A stretch of DNA of 64,000 bases, taken from the NCBI RefSeq assembly GCF_016432865.1, contig NC_067400.1, positions 624,588,001 to 624,652,000 of the forward strand. The letters are read 5' to 3'. Every line of letters begins with the position of its first letter. Position 1 is the stretch's first letter. This DNA is from Antechinus flavipes. Lineage: Eukaryota. The translations under genes were made by a program, and so were the position numbers. The notes under the pieces were generated by a model. That model saw only the letters and a list, made by a program, of their open reading frames with translations. It did not search any database and was not told the origin of the DNA. This document shows positions 25,869 through 37,900 of this stretch, piece after piece.

Positions 25869-28741
25869 GCCCTGCTGGACATGAATTTTGTTTTGTGAAT
25901 TTTTCATTCAAAATTATTCAGTTATCATCTAGATAACTAAGTTCTGAATTCTAGAAGCGTCATATTTCTAAAACCTAAAACTGGTTCCTACTATATCTAG
26001 GGAGGAAGGATGCAGTAAAAACATATCATTTAGCCCTTTTTTCCCCCTTCACTGTTTTGGGGGAAGTGAAGGGGAAAAAGACCCAAACCGAACCATTCTT
26101 GTTCCAAGGTCATCAGCCCTAGGAAATGACCTTGGCCTGGAAGATGAAATTTCCATACAAGAAAGAAAATAAAGGTGACAATTTGGCTATGATTTCAAAA
26201 ATATTTTTTAAGGATTTTTGGTTATAATCTGAAATTCAGGATTGAAAAATGTTTCATAGTTTTCTTTTAGATCAATTGGCATAATTATAAATGAAGTCGA
26301 AGTCCGCCCTTCTCTACTGGGCATGGCTGCTCCTTGGACTGACCTGAGCCTCTTTTGTGGGATTTGGCTATTTGAGAGAAAATGTTTTGGAACCGTAGAT
26401 AATATTACTTCTCGAGTCTGCATCCAGGTGTGGATGAGGACCGATAAATCGGAAAGCTCGCCCTCCCAGAACCTCAGAAGGTGGAGGTTTGTTCATCTGA
26501 GTAAAAAGGGGTTTGAAGGACGGCTTTTGGAGCTCCACTTGAGGTCAGCCCCTTTTAACAATCTGCAAACTACGTTCCTTTCTATAGGAATGATTCCCAC
26601 CTATTTCTGAGTCTGGCAAGGGAGTGGAGTTCGTTTGTGGTTTCCATAGCTGAAGTCAAACAGCTAAGTTGGCTTTGTCCTCTGCCTGCTTTTTTTCTCT
26701 TACAGCACGTTTCTATATTCAGATCAGCTTAAAAGCCATGAGCAGAATTCAAGTATAAAACCTTCCTGTTTCCAAATCATTATTGATCAGAGAAATGCAA
26801 ATTAAGACAACTCTGAGATACCACTACACACCTGTCAGATTGGCTAAGATGACAGGAAAAAATAATGATGAATGTTGGAGGGGATGCAGGAAAACTGGGA
26901 CACTGATGCATTGTTGGTGGAGTTGTGAACGAATCCAACCATTCTGGAGAGCAATCTGGAATTATGCCCAAAAAATTATCAAATTGTGCATACCCTTTGA
27001 TCCAGCAGTGTTTCTATTGGGCTTATATCCCAAAGAAATACTAAAGAAGGAAAGGGACCTGTATGTGCCAAAATGTTTGTAGCAGCCCTGTTTGTAGTGG
27101 CTAGAAACTGGAAAATGAATGGATGCCCATCCATTGGAGAATGGCTGGGTAAATTGTGGTATATGAATGTAATGGAATATTATTGTTCTGTAAGAAATGA
27201 CCAGCAGGATGAATACAGAGAGGACTGGCGAGACTTACATGAACTGATGCTAAGTGAAATGAGCAGAACCAGGAGATCATTATACACTTCGACAACGATA
27301 TTGTATGAGGACATATTTTGATGGAAGTGGATTTCTTTGACAAAGAGACCTGAGTTTCAATTGATAAATGACGGACAAAAGCAGCTACACCCAAAGAAAG
27401 AACACTGGGAAACGAATGTGAACTATCTGCATTTTTGTTTTTCTTCCCGGGTTATTTATACCTTCTGAATCCAATTCTCCCTATGCAACAAGAGAACTGT
27501 TCGGTTCTGCAAACATATATTGTATCTAGGATATACTGCAACATATCCAACATATAAAGGACTGCTTGCCATCTAGGGGAGGGGGTGGAGGGAGGGAGGG
27601 GAAAAAAAAATCGGAACAGAAACGAGTGTCAATATAAAGTAATTATTAAATAAAAATTAAAAAAAAAAAACCTTCCTGTTTCTATTTGAAAATGTGCGGT
27701 CATCAGGTAAATGACTCTTTTCCATCCTTGGGCAGATGAGCAGTCGGCTTAAGCATCTGCCCTGCTGGACATGAATTTTGTTTTGTGAATTTTTCATTCA
27801 AAATTATTCAGTTATCATCTAGATAACTAAGTTCTGAATTCTAGAAGCGTCATATTTCTAAAACCTAAAACTGGTTCCTACTATATCTAGGGAGGAAGGA
27901 TGCAGTAAAAACATATCATTTAGCCCTTTTTTCCCCTTCACTGTTTTGGGGGAAGTGAAGGGGAAAAAGACCCAAACCGAACCATTCTTGTTCCAAGGTC
28001 ATCAGCCCTAGGAAATGACCTTGGCCTGGAAGATGAAATTTCCATACAAGAAAGAAAATAAAGGTGACAATTTGGCTATGATTTCAAAAATATTTTTTAA
28101 GGATTTTTGGTTATAATCTGAAATTCAGGATTGAAAAATGTTTCATAGTTTTCTTTTAGATCAATTGGCATAATTATAAATGAAGTCGAAGTCCGCCCTT
28201 CTCTACTGGGCATGGCTGCTCCTTGGACTGACCTGAGCCTCTTTTGTGGGATTTGGCTATTTGAGAGAAAATGTTTTGGAACCGTAGATAATATTACTTC
28301 TCGAGTCTGCATCCAGGTGTGGATGAGGACCGATAAATCGGAAAGCTCGCCCTCCCAGAACCTCAGAAGGTGGAGGTTTGTTCATCTGAGTAAAAAGGGG
28401 TTTGAAGGACGGCTTTTGGAGCTCCACTTGAGGTCAGCCCCTTTTAACAATCTGCAAACTACGTTCCTTTCTATAGGAATGATTCCCACCTATTTCTGAG
28501 TCTGGCAAGGGAGTGGAGTTCGTTTGTGGTTTCCAGAGCTGAAGTCAAACAGCTAAGTTGGCTTTGTCCTCTGCCTGCTTTTTTTCTCTTACAGCACGTT
28601 TCTATATTCAGATCAGCTTAAAAGCCATGAGCAGAATTCAAGTATAAAACCTTCCTGTTTCTATTTGAAAATGTGCGGTCATCAGGTAAATGACTCTTTT
28701 CCATCCTTGGGCAGATGAGCAGTCGGCTTAAGCATCTGCCC
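25869..28741 (+). repeat. ~980-bp tandem duplication (copy 1 interrupted by an L1)
   Basis: Copy 1 = 25869-26772 plus 27683-27758; copy 2 = 27759-28741. I noticed only two differences (one indel in a C-run, one T/G). Confidence 0.95.
26773..27666 (+). mobile_element. 5'-truncated young L1 (frameshifted ORF2 C-terminus, 3' UTR, poly-A) with 16-bp TSD
   Basis: IREMQIKTTLRYHYTP...CWRGC...HCWW; frameshift near 27050. TSD AAAACCTTCCTGTTTC at 26757-26772 and 27667-27682. Confidence 0.95.
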
Positions 28742-29099
28742 GTTACTACTGAGGTTCCAAAGGAGACCCCAAGAGGTTGGGGTCACAGCCGGTGTCTCGA
28801 GGTGTCTCAGAAGAATCTGCAGGCTTGAACCCACCTCCAAGTCAAGGGACAAAGTAATTGTAAGGCCAGCTGAAGTGGGCTGAGTTCCACAAGGATTTAG
28901 CAAAGAGCCAGGAGCAAGAGGGAGAATGGAATTATAGGAAAAGACAGAGAGACCCGGTTCTTCATGTCACTGATCTGCTAATTTTATGGCCCAGAGGTAG
29001 AACTGGAGAGTGGTCTGGTATACAGCTCCACGTCATCTCAGAAACCCTTTATCACTGACCAACAGATTGTGATCTGGCTCAGGAAAGCTTCTAGGACTG

Positions 29100-29282
29100 C
29101 ATTATAGTTCTCCCAAGGCCAGGAGCCTTTAGGATCAGCGACAGACAGATTATTGGAACAACAGCCTTTCTAAAGTCTAGGGGAAGCAATCTATAACTGT
29201 ATTATTATGTTCCCAAGGCCAGGAGCCTTTAGGATCCGCGACAGACAGATTATTGGAACAATAGCACTCTAAGGTCAGGGGA
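29100..29282 (+). repeat. Two-copy tandem repeat, period 100 bp
   Basis: CCCAAGGCCAGGAGCCTTTAGGATC.GCGACAGACAGATTATTGGAACAA at 29112 and 29212. Confidence 0.85.
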
Positions 29283-32200
29283 CCTCGGGATTATCACTAT
29301 GTTTCCCCTCGAAGCTTGGACCCTATCGATACTAGAGCTATATCTTACTAGAAATGTTTGTCTCTAAATCTTTCAGAATGGAAGCACATTTAGCTATTGA
29401 GCAACCATTAGTGAGAGGCAGCCGCTATTCTCATGCAGTGTGAAATCAGAGCATTTTAATGCAGTTTTTTTTTTTTTTAAAGAAATGTAGAGTTTTTGTT
29501 ACGTCCATGCAAAAAGCCAATTCTGTTTAAGCTAATGGGGGACGTGTTTGCCCCGTGTGTCTGGGGCACTAGCGTGGCTCCTGATAAAGAACTTATTTAT
29601 TATATTCAGACCAAGCCATAGGCAATAGATTTGCGGATGCAAAAGGCTCTGAGCCCTTGGCACGTGCCCCGGCACCCGGCGACTTTTCACTGGTTGATCC
29701 CATAGAGCCCTCATTCACCTCGGTGCCAGCGCCAGCCGCAGGACGGGCCAGCTTCGGGGATCCGACTCGGGGGCACCTCCCGGCCCGCCCTCCAACTGCT
29801 CGTCGTTCCAGCAGGAAGGACTTTCAGAAGATAGTCACCCCTGCCCCAAGGACCTTGGGCCCCATCTGGCCGGAGGGAAACTGTTGGGGTGAATGGACCC
29901 CAGCCAAGCCCCTCCCAGGTGCGAGTGGGCCCGCAGTGGGTGCTTGCTGACCCTGTGCTAGTCTCTGCTCCCGTGCCCCGCAGGGAGCGGGCACCCTGTG
30001 CCAGCTCGGGCGGCAGTTCATCTCTCTCACTCCAGCCCCACAGAGCCTGTGTTTTACTCTCAGTTCTGGACGCCACTTGGGTCCCGGGATTTGGTCCCTA
30101 AAATTTCAGTCTGCTAGACCCCCAACCCTGTTTTCAAAAGATTCAGCCCATTAAGCGAGTGGGGAAATGGTGAGGTCCGGAATGGTGGCCGCGTTGGGCA
30201 GCGAGAAACGGAAGAAGTGAGAAACTCCACCCCTGAGGCGGGCAGAAGGCCCTGGCAGAGGTCAGTCAAGCTCCGTGGTCCCCCCTTTGGGGAGATGTCC
30301 AGTCAAACCCCTGAGGGCCCCCCCAGCCTGAGCAGCCTCCCCTTGCCATGCTCGGACAGAAACCCCAGTCATGTCCCTGAGGGCCATCCCATGGCTGCTG
30401 CAGCCGCGGCGGGCTGGGGGTCCTTCCCCTTCCCCCACGCCATGGGGTCTCTCCCCTGACGCCCCACCCCGCTTCTCCTCCTTTTGGGGTCCGAGTCCCT
30501 TCCAGGGCTGAGCCTGCCGGCTGAGGGCTCACCCCCACCTCAGGGGCTGCTGCCTCCCTCCTGGGTGATGAGGAGCTTGGTTTTCACATGCTCTCCCACT
30601 CACATTTACCCATTTTTCCTATTTCTGTGTTTTACCTGATTTCACACATTACCGTGTCTGCTGTGTCCCGCCCTTTTGTCTGGGACTCTTCCCCAGACAA
30701 ATCTACCCCTAGCGAAGACCCCAACTTTGGGTAGCGGCCCTCGTCGGGCGTCTCCCTCGGCCGTCACGGGGCACAGGGAGAGACAAAGGGCCGGCCTCCG
30801 CTCTCGGGGAGCTCCCGGGAGAAGGCAGCGCCTTGCGGCAGAGCGCCCCAGCCCGAGCCCAATCTGCCCTCCGACACTTGTGCCCTCTGGGCTGGGGAGG
30901 AAATGGCCGACCATTCCAGGCCCTTCCCGGGCCGCGGAGCCGGCGGCAAAGAAACATGTCTGAACAAGCTAAATGGGGGAGATGGGGGGGCATCCCCACC
31001 GCGGGGGCCAGAGCGGAGGCCGGCGGTCAGAGTCTCCGGAAGGAAGGGGTGAGGAGGGAGGCTCGGAAGGGTGACAGGCGGAGGGCCTCGTGTTTAACCC
31101 TGTGCCATGGAATCTGTGCCCACGGGGGATCCTATGGACCCCTGCTCAGGTGATATTTGTAAATGAATAAAATGAAATACATAAGCTTACAAAGGAAACC
31201 AATTCTATTGAGACGCAGTTATAAAAATATGAAAAAACGCAAATCCTTGGAGCCGGGGTTTAGGAGCTCTGTCCTAGACGGCCTCCGGCCTGGAGAGGAA
31301 GCCTACAAGGACGGGGGTCTGCGATCCGAGTCGTCCGGGCCACCTTCAGCTGCCGCTGCTCTGACCCCATGCAATTGGGCGCTCGCAGTATGCCACGCGG
31401 TGCCCTGGGCCACAAAGGCAGAGAACGAGGGGCCAGGGCTGCTGCCCCTGGGACCCGGGGGTGGTCGGCGGCCCCAGGAGGGCAGATGCGGGAGACCTCT
31501 TCTCCCTCCCCCCTCCCCGAAGGAGACCAGTTCCAGCCAAGAAGGGAAGCAGGAGGTCGGGGCAGTGAATCCCGTAGCAAGTAACAAAGACCCCCCCCAA
31601 ACAAAACCCCGAGAGCATCCCCAGGAGCCGCCATAGAGGTAGGATCTCTCCCCTGGGAGACAACTCAGTGGGACCATTAGAGTCCTAGCTCTCTCCCGAG
31701 GGGAGATCTCCGGAAAGCTCTTCCGCAGGAGGCTGGGGACAGCGCCGCTGGAAACCCGAAGCGACTGCAATGCCCCCAGGTCCGAAGACTCGAACTCTCC
31801 TCTCCGGCCCACGCTCATTTTGGCCGCCTCTGATGCAAGCTTCCACATCGTCCCCGGCCATGGCGGGAATCCCAGGCTGATGGATTTGGGGGCTGGGATC
31901 ACAGAAAATAGAAGATAGTTTCTGCCCTTTAAAAATTATTTTTACACACATCTGCCATCTGCCCTTCCTCAACTGAACAACCACCAGAAGAGGAAGGAGG
32001 GACCTAGGCCAGCAAAACAAATCCCTCTGCTGACGGTGCCTGAAGCCGTTCCCGCCGTCCCTTCTCTGGCACTGGGGGGCGGGCCGTTTCCTCTCCAGTC
32101 CTTTGCCTCGTTTCTCAGCGCGTTGGGCACAGTTTCAGAAGCTCTCAGGACGGTTTTTCTGCATAACCTCCTTGTGCCAGCGGCTGCCCCGGTCCTGCTC

Positions 32201-33699
32201 ACTCGGCACCAGACAGATCCCTGCCAGCCGTTTCCTGACTTGCCCGACGGGTGACTCGCAGAGCCCACGCGGACCTAATCTCTTTCCCTGCCAGGAAGAA
32301 GGCCAAATGGCCACTATCGGATGCCCCCGTTTCCCGGCGGCTGCTGTTGGTGCCGCGTGATGGAGGGCGGAACTCGGCGTCGGTGTCCCGCCTATTCCCT
32401 GAGCATCTTTAACCCCCCTTTGAGACCTCATTAGCCAACCTGCTCTGGGAGCCTCCCTCTGAGTTCCTGCTGCATTCCCTGAGAAACTCCAAGGCTTGTT
32501 TCCCATAGAGAAGATCTTTGCCGAGTCCTTGTCAGGACTGAGCCCGCTCTGAGGGTTCCCTTTCTCTCTAATGGAATCTTTCCCCTAACTCCGGTGAGCC
32601 GCCCCACGCCTCCGCGGGTCTCACCGCAGGACCGCCCAGCAGGGGGTGCCCTCCTCCGAGAAGGGCTCCGCCAGCAAAGCGGGATGAAAAGTAGCTCGGA
32701 AGAAAAGCGAGAGGCGCTTAGTCCGGCCGTCCACGTGGACTATGAGTCCGGCCTGGGGACCATTTGAGCTCCTGCGGGTCTGAAAAGCCGCAGCCCGACA
32801 CACCTTAACTCAGCTCTAATGCGGTGATGTCATCTGGGTCCCTTCCAGAACGAGGGACACCAGCACCCACCTCAGGCCGGGGAGGGGAGAGTGGACTGAG
32901 ACCTGGGCGGGGCTTAGCTGCGGGGGCTACATTCGGAGAGGAGGGCACCTCGCCTGCTCCCGCGCTCCTAACAGACGCTGGTTTGGAGGTCTTACTCCTG
33001 TTCGCCTGGGAGCTCCGTGGGGAGCGAGAGGTGGGCTTCACCTAGGATGACACAGTCCCTACACGAAGAACTCTCTAGAACCCGGGCCCAAATCAGGAAG
33101 CTCTCCCCCCAGAATTAAGAATAGACTAGAAATTCCTCATGGAACAGACTTTCCCCCAAAAAATTCAGAATAGGCTTTCCCAGAATTTATTGATGGAGCA
33201 GTTCAAGGACTCTTGCCAGGCAAGGACCCACGAATGGACTCTTCCAGTCTCCTAGAACCTATGGACGGAACAGTGCAATGACTCATGTGGTGGGGGAGGC
33301 ACATCCTCTCCTTTACTCCAGAATGGATTCTCCCAGCCTCCTTCAATCTTGAAGTGGATTGGGCAGAGCCAGGACTCTTGGTGGGGAGGGGGAATCTCTC
33401 CCTACATTTCGGAATGGACTCTTCCAGCCTTAAGACCCATCCTCCCCTAGATTTCAGAATGGACTCTCCCAGTCCATCTTCCTAGTAGCTCCGTAGAAGT
33501 TCACGGATTCACGGAGGAAACACTTCCCCTGAATTCAGAACGTCCATTATTTCCTGAGCCCAGGGCGGCCGGGTTCACGGTCAATAACGGGGAACATCGT
33601 CAGACTCCTCACCAATGCCCTCCTCCATCCTCCCCCTACCCCAGGTCCTTTTCTGCAGCAGGGAATTGCAGGCCTTATTCCACCTATCCCAGCTCGCTC

Positions 33700-34900
33700 C
33701 GCCTGTTGGCCAACAGCCAACGCCTCCCGGTTTCACCAATTCCCATTGGTGTGTGTTGGAGGGGAGGCTTGCGTCACGATTAGTCTGGACTTTTATTCCC
33801 CTCCCCCAACTCCCATTTAGTCTATACGATTCGCCGACCATGGCGGAAGTTTATCAGGATCCTCCAATCAGAATAAGAGTCGGAGAGCCAGGGCGGGATT
33901 TTTGCGCGGAGATGAACTCCACCCGTCTCCCAGGCAACGCCCCTCCCCTCTTCTTCCCCCTACGTCCCTGCTTCCCCGACCTAGTCCTCCGGGCGGAAAC
34001 AGAGAACGAGTTTGGCCAATGGGAGGCAGGTGGGGCGGAGGCGGCTCTACGGGACGCGAGCTTGGACCAATAGGAAGAGGGCAAAGGCGGGGCGATCGCG
34101 GTAATGACCAGTAGGCGATGAGAGACGCGGGGGCGGGGGCCCAATGAGGGGGCGTCGACGCGGCCCGCCCGCCTGCCTGCCGCGGTCCCTCCCTTTCTCC
34201 CTCAGCGCTGAGGAGAGGAGCGTCGGGTGGTCCCGGCCCCGGCCCCGGCTCCGGCTCCGCCCCCGCCCTCAGCACTCCCGACTCGGCCCCGGAGTCCGGG
34301 AGCCCCCGCCGCCATCATGCCGGCAGTGTCCAAGGGTGACGGCATGCGGGGCCTGGCCGTGTTCATCTCGGACATCCGCAACTGTGAGTGGGGCAGGGGC
34401 GGGGGAGGGGAGGGCAGGGGCGGGGCAGGGGGGCGGGGCAGGGGCGAGGCCACGCTGGTCACTCCCGAAGCTGCTGAGGCTCCCTAGTGCCTTCTGCTCC
34501 TGTCTGCCCCTCTCCCCGGCCCTCATCGGATTAGGATTCCTCCCCCAAATCGGGGCCACCCCTCAGACAGGGAAGTGAGGACTTGGCTCCTCCCTCCGGG
34601 GGCCGAGGCGGGATCGGAACCCAGAGCCTCTGCCGGGGTGGGGTGGGAGCGGGGAGGAGGCATCCTCAGGGAGCTGCCAGTCCGGGAGTCAGGGGCTTGG
34701 GGGGATGGCCCGGCCGGGCAGGGCCTTGAAGGCCGCACCTAACCCCGGGCTGGGGCCGCCAGGGTCAGAAGGGAGCAGGGGGTTGGAGGGGGCGGGGGCG
34801 GGGCCGAGTGCCCGTTCGGACGGTGGAGCTTCAGCCTTGTGCTGGGCGCTGTGGGCGCCCCCACTGTCCCTGAGGCAACTCAGGGACTTCTAGTAAGGCC
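33700..34900 (+). promoter_or_regulatory. AP2A1 CpG-island promoter
   Basis: Dense CpG; several CCAAT boxes (~33863, ~34015, ~34066, ~34141) and GGGCGG boxes upstream of ATG 34317. Confidence 0.8.
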
Positions 34901-37900
34901 TGAGGCCTAGGGCTCCTGGAGGGGTCCGGCAGGGGGAGGGGCGAAGGAAAGCGGGGAGGGCTAGTGAGGGCAAGCAGAGGGTCATGGCATGGGGCGCTGG
35001 GGAGGGCACCCGTGCTGGGAGGGCACCTGTGCTGGGAGGGCACCCGTGCTGGGAGGGCACCCGTGCTGGGAGGGCACCCGTGGCAGGGAGGGCACCCGTG
35101 GCAGGGAGGGCACCTGTGCCAGGGAGGGCACCTGCGGCAGGGAGGGCACCCGTGCTGGGAGGGCACCTGTGCAGGGAGGGCACCCTGTGCTGGGAGGGCA
35201 CCTGTGCCAGGGAGGGCACCCTGTGCTGGGAGGGCACCTGTGCCAGGGAGGGCACCTGTGCCAGGGAGGGCACCCCATGCTGGGAGGGCACCTGTGCTGG
35301 GAGGGCACTCCTTGTGGCTCTGTGCTCATACAGGACATTGGCAATGGGGGCTGGCAGCCTGGGGGGCCAACCTCGCCTAGATGAAGGCCGAGAGAGGAGC
35401 CAGTGTGCGGTGCCCGGGGTGGGGAGGAGCCTTTGGAGAGCCCCTGCTGGGTGGCAAGCCTCTTGGGTGGGGGGGGGGTGACCCCTCTGCCTGAAACCTC
35501 CCTGGCCTTTGCTGAGAAAACCCCGAGCTGTGGCCGACACGGATCCGGCACTTCTCTGGTGGGACGTCGGGGGTCCTCGTGGCAGCTGCGGGAGGGCTCG
35601 TCCCCCCGGTACAGAGGAGGAAACCGAGGCGGGCCGCGGGCACCCAGAGCTGGGGCATCTGAGGCCTCCTTGACCCCAGGCCGCGGTTTTCTCCTCTGGT
35701 CAGTCAGGGACCCGAAGCATGCTCCAGAGCCAGGGGCTGCAGGGAGGTCCCGGGGGAGGGGAGGTTTTCAGGCCTGGATCTTCCCCCCACCCCCCAAGGT
35801 AAGAGCAAGGAGGCAGAGATTAAGAGGATCAACAAGGAGCTGGCCAACATCCGGTCCAAGTTCAAAGGTGAGCAGGAGGGGCCGAGAGGGCCGGGGGGGG
35901 GGCCCGGGGGCTCCCTCTTCTGGGGGCTCCCATCCATGTGTGCTCCATCCCCTCCTCCCAGGGGACAAGGCCCTGGATGGGTACAGCAAGAAGAAGTACG
36001 TCTGCAAGCTGCTCTTCATCTTCCTGCTGGGCCATGACATCGACTTCGGCCACATGGAGGCCGTGAACCTGCTCAGTTCCAACAAGTACACGGAGAAGCA
36101 GATTGTGAGTGGGGGGCTGGGGGACAGGGGCGCTGGGGGCTCACTGAGGCCCTGGGCTGGGGGGGTAATGGGGGGCTGGGGGCTCACCGAGGCTCTGGGA
36201 TGGGGGGGTAATGGGGGGCTGGGGGCTCACCAAGGCTCTGGACTGGGGGGGTAATGGGGGGCTGGGGGCTCACCGAGGCTCTGGGCTCCCACGGGCAGGG
36301 CTACCTGTTCATCTCGGTGCTGGTGAACTCCACGTCGGAGCTGATCCGCCTCATCAACAACGGGGTCAAGAACGACCTGACCAGCCGCAACCCCACGTTC
36401 ATGTGCCTGGCCCTGCACTGCATCGCCAACGTGGGCAGCCGTGAGATGGGCGAGGCCTTCGCCGCCGACATCCCCCGCATCCTGGTGGCAGGGTGAGGGG
36501 GCGGGCAAGGGCGGGAGGGCGGGATGCCCGGCTGGGGGTGGGGGAGGGGGGAGAGCCGGGCGACCCCCGAGTCCTGGCCCCTCCAGGGACAGCATGGACA
36601 GCGTCAAACAGAGCGCCGCCCTGTGCCTGCTGCGCCTGTACAAGGCCTCGCCCGACCTCGTGCCCATGAGCGACTGGACGGCCCGCGTGGTGCACCTCCT
36701 CAACGACCAGCACATGGTGAGGTGCCCGCGCTGCTGCCGGGGGGGGGCGGGGGGGCCGGGGACCGGGCTGAGCCCCTGCCCCGCTTCTCCGTCCCAGGGC
36801 GTGGTCACTGCCGCCGTCAGCCTCATCACCTGCCTCTGCAAAAAGAACCCGGATGACTTCAAGACTTGTGTCTCGCTGGCGGTGTCGCGGCTGAGCCGGG
36901 TGAGTGGGGGGCCGGGCGGGGGCCCCTTCTCTCTGACTGCTTCTCCCTCTGTCTCCCCGCCTGCCCCCTTCCTCCTGATGCTGTTTCCGCTGCCTCTCCT
37001 CTTTCACAAGCACCTGGTCATTGGGGAGGCTTTGGGGGAGGCTCCGGGCCAGCCCGAAGTCAGGGGCCGACCCCCTGCAGACAGAGGGGCCGGCTCACTC
37101 CGTGCCCCACCACGCACCCTTGGATTCTTGGGGTGCAGCTGATCCCCCTGTTGGGGGAAGGGGCGGGTGAAGCACAGTCTGGCGCCAAACCTCCCTGCTG
37201 TGGTCCTAGGGACTGGTCTTGGGGGGCACTGACAGCTCCCCAGAGGCCTTGCCTCAGTGGGCCCAGCAAGAGTTTGGTTCTGAAAAACAGCAGCATTCAA
37301 GTGAGTATTTGAACCCTGGGTCAAGGGAGGAGCCCAGAAAAGCTGGAGGCGCAGCCCCCCTCCCCGGGCACCCCCTCTCTCCTCCTCTTTTGCTTCCTCC
37401 TCCCTGTCTCCGTCCCTCCCCCCTCCCCTCTTCTCTCCTCTTTACCCCACTCTCCCCCTCGTCCCCTCCACCGTCTCACCTCTGTCCCCCCGTACCCCCA
37501 GATCGTCTCCTCGGCCTCCACGGACCTCCAGGACTACACCTACTACTTCGTCCCTGCCCCGTGGCTGTCCGTGAAGCTGCTCCGTTTGCTGCAGTGCTAC
37601 GCGCCCCCAGGTAGGGCCTGTTCCCCGAAAGCTCCCGAAGGTTCTAGCCCAGCCCGACCTCCATCTTCTGGCCGGGCTCCGTCGGCCCCACGTTAAGGGC
37701 CTCCGGAAGAGGCTGGGGCCGGGCCCGGGGCCTCCCTTACCTCCTTCGGGGGGCTCGTTGGGTTGAGCAGACTCGAGATCATGCTTGGGGAAGGATGGGC
37801 CAGGGGTGGACCCTTGACCCTTCCCTGTCCCCCACGGGCCCCAGAGGACGCCGCAGTGAAGGGGCGGCTGGTGGAGTGTCTGGAAACGGTCCTGAACAAG

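Larger units (their letters stand above)
22780..30767 (+). mobile_element. Old two-LTR retroelement relic, probably non-autonomous, hosting younger insertions
   Basis: ~22780-23623 (split by an L1) and ~30130-30767 share ordered blocks: GAGCAGCCTCCCCTTGC, CCCAGTCATGT.CCTGAGG, ATGCTCTCCCACTC, AAATCTACC, CCCCAACTTT. No gag/pol/env ORF is recognisable between them. Ends approximate. Confidence 0.55.

Noticed and set aside
26208-28499. Identical 95-aa and 71-aa ORFs occurring twice
   Set aside because: Identity simply reflects the recent 980-bp duplication; no recognisable homology.
34831-35551. Several overlapping 110-216-aa repetitive ORFs
   Set aside because: Products of the 17-18-bp minisatellite in AP2A1 intron 1.
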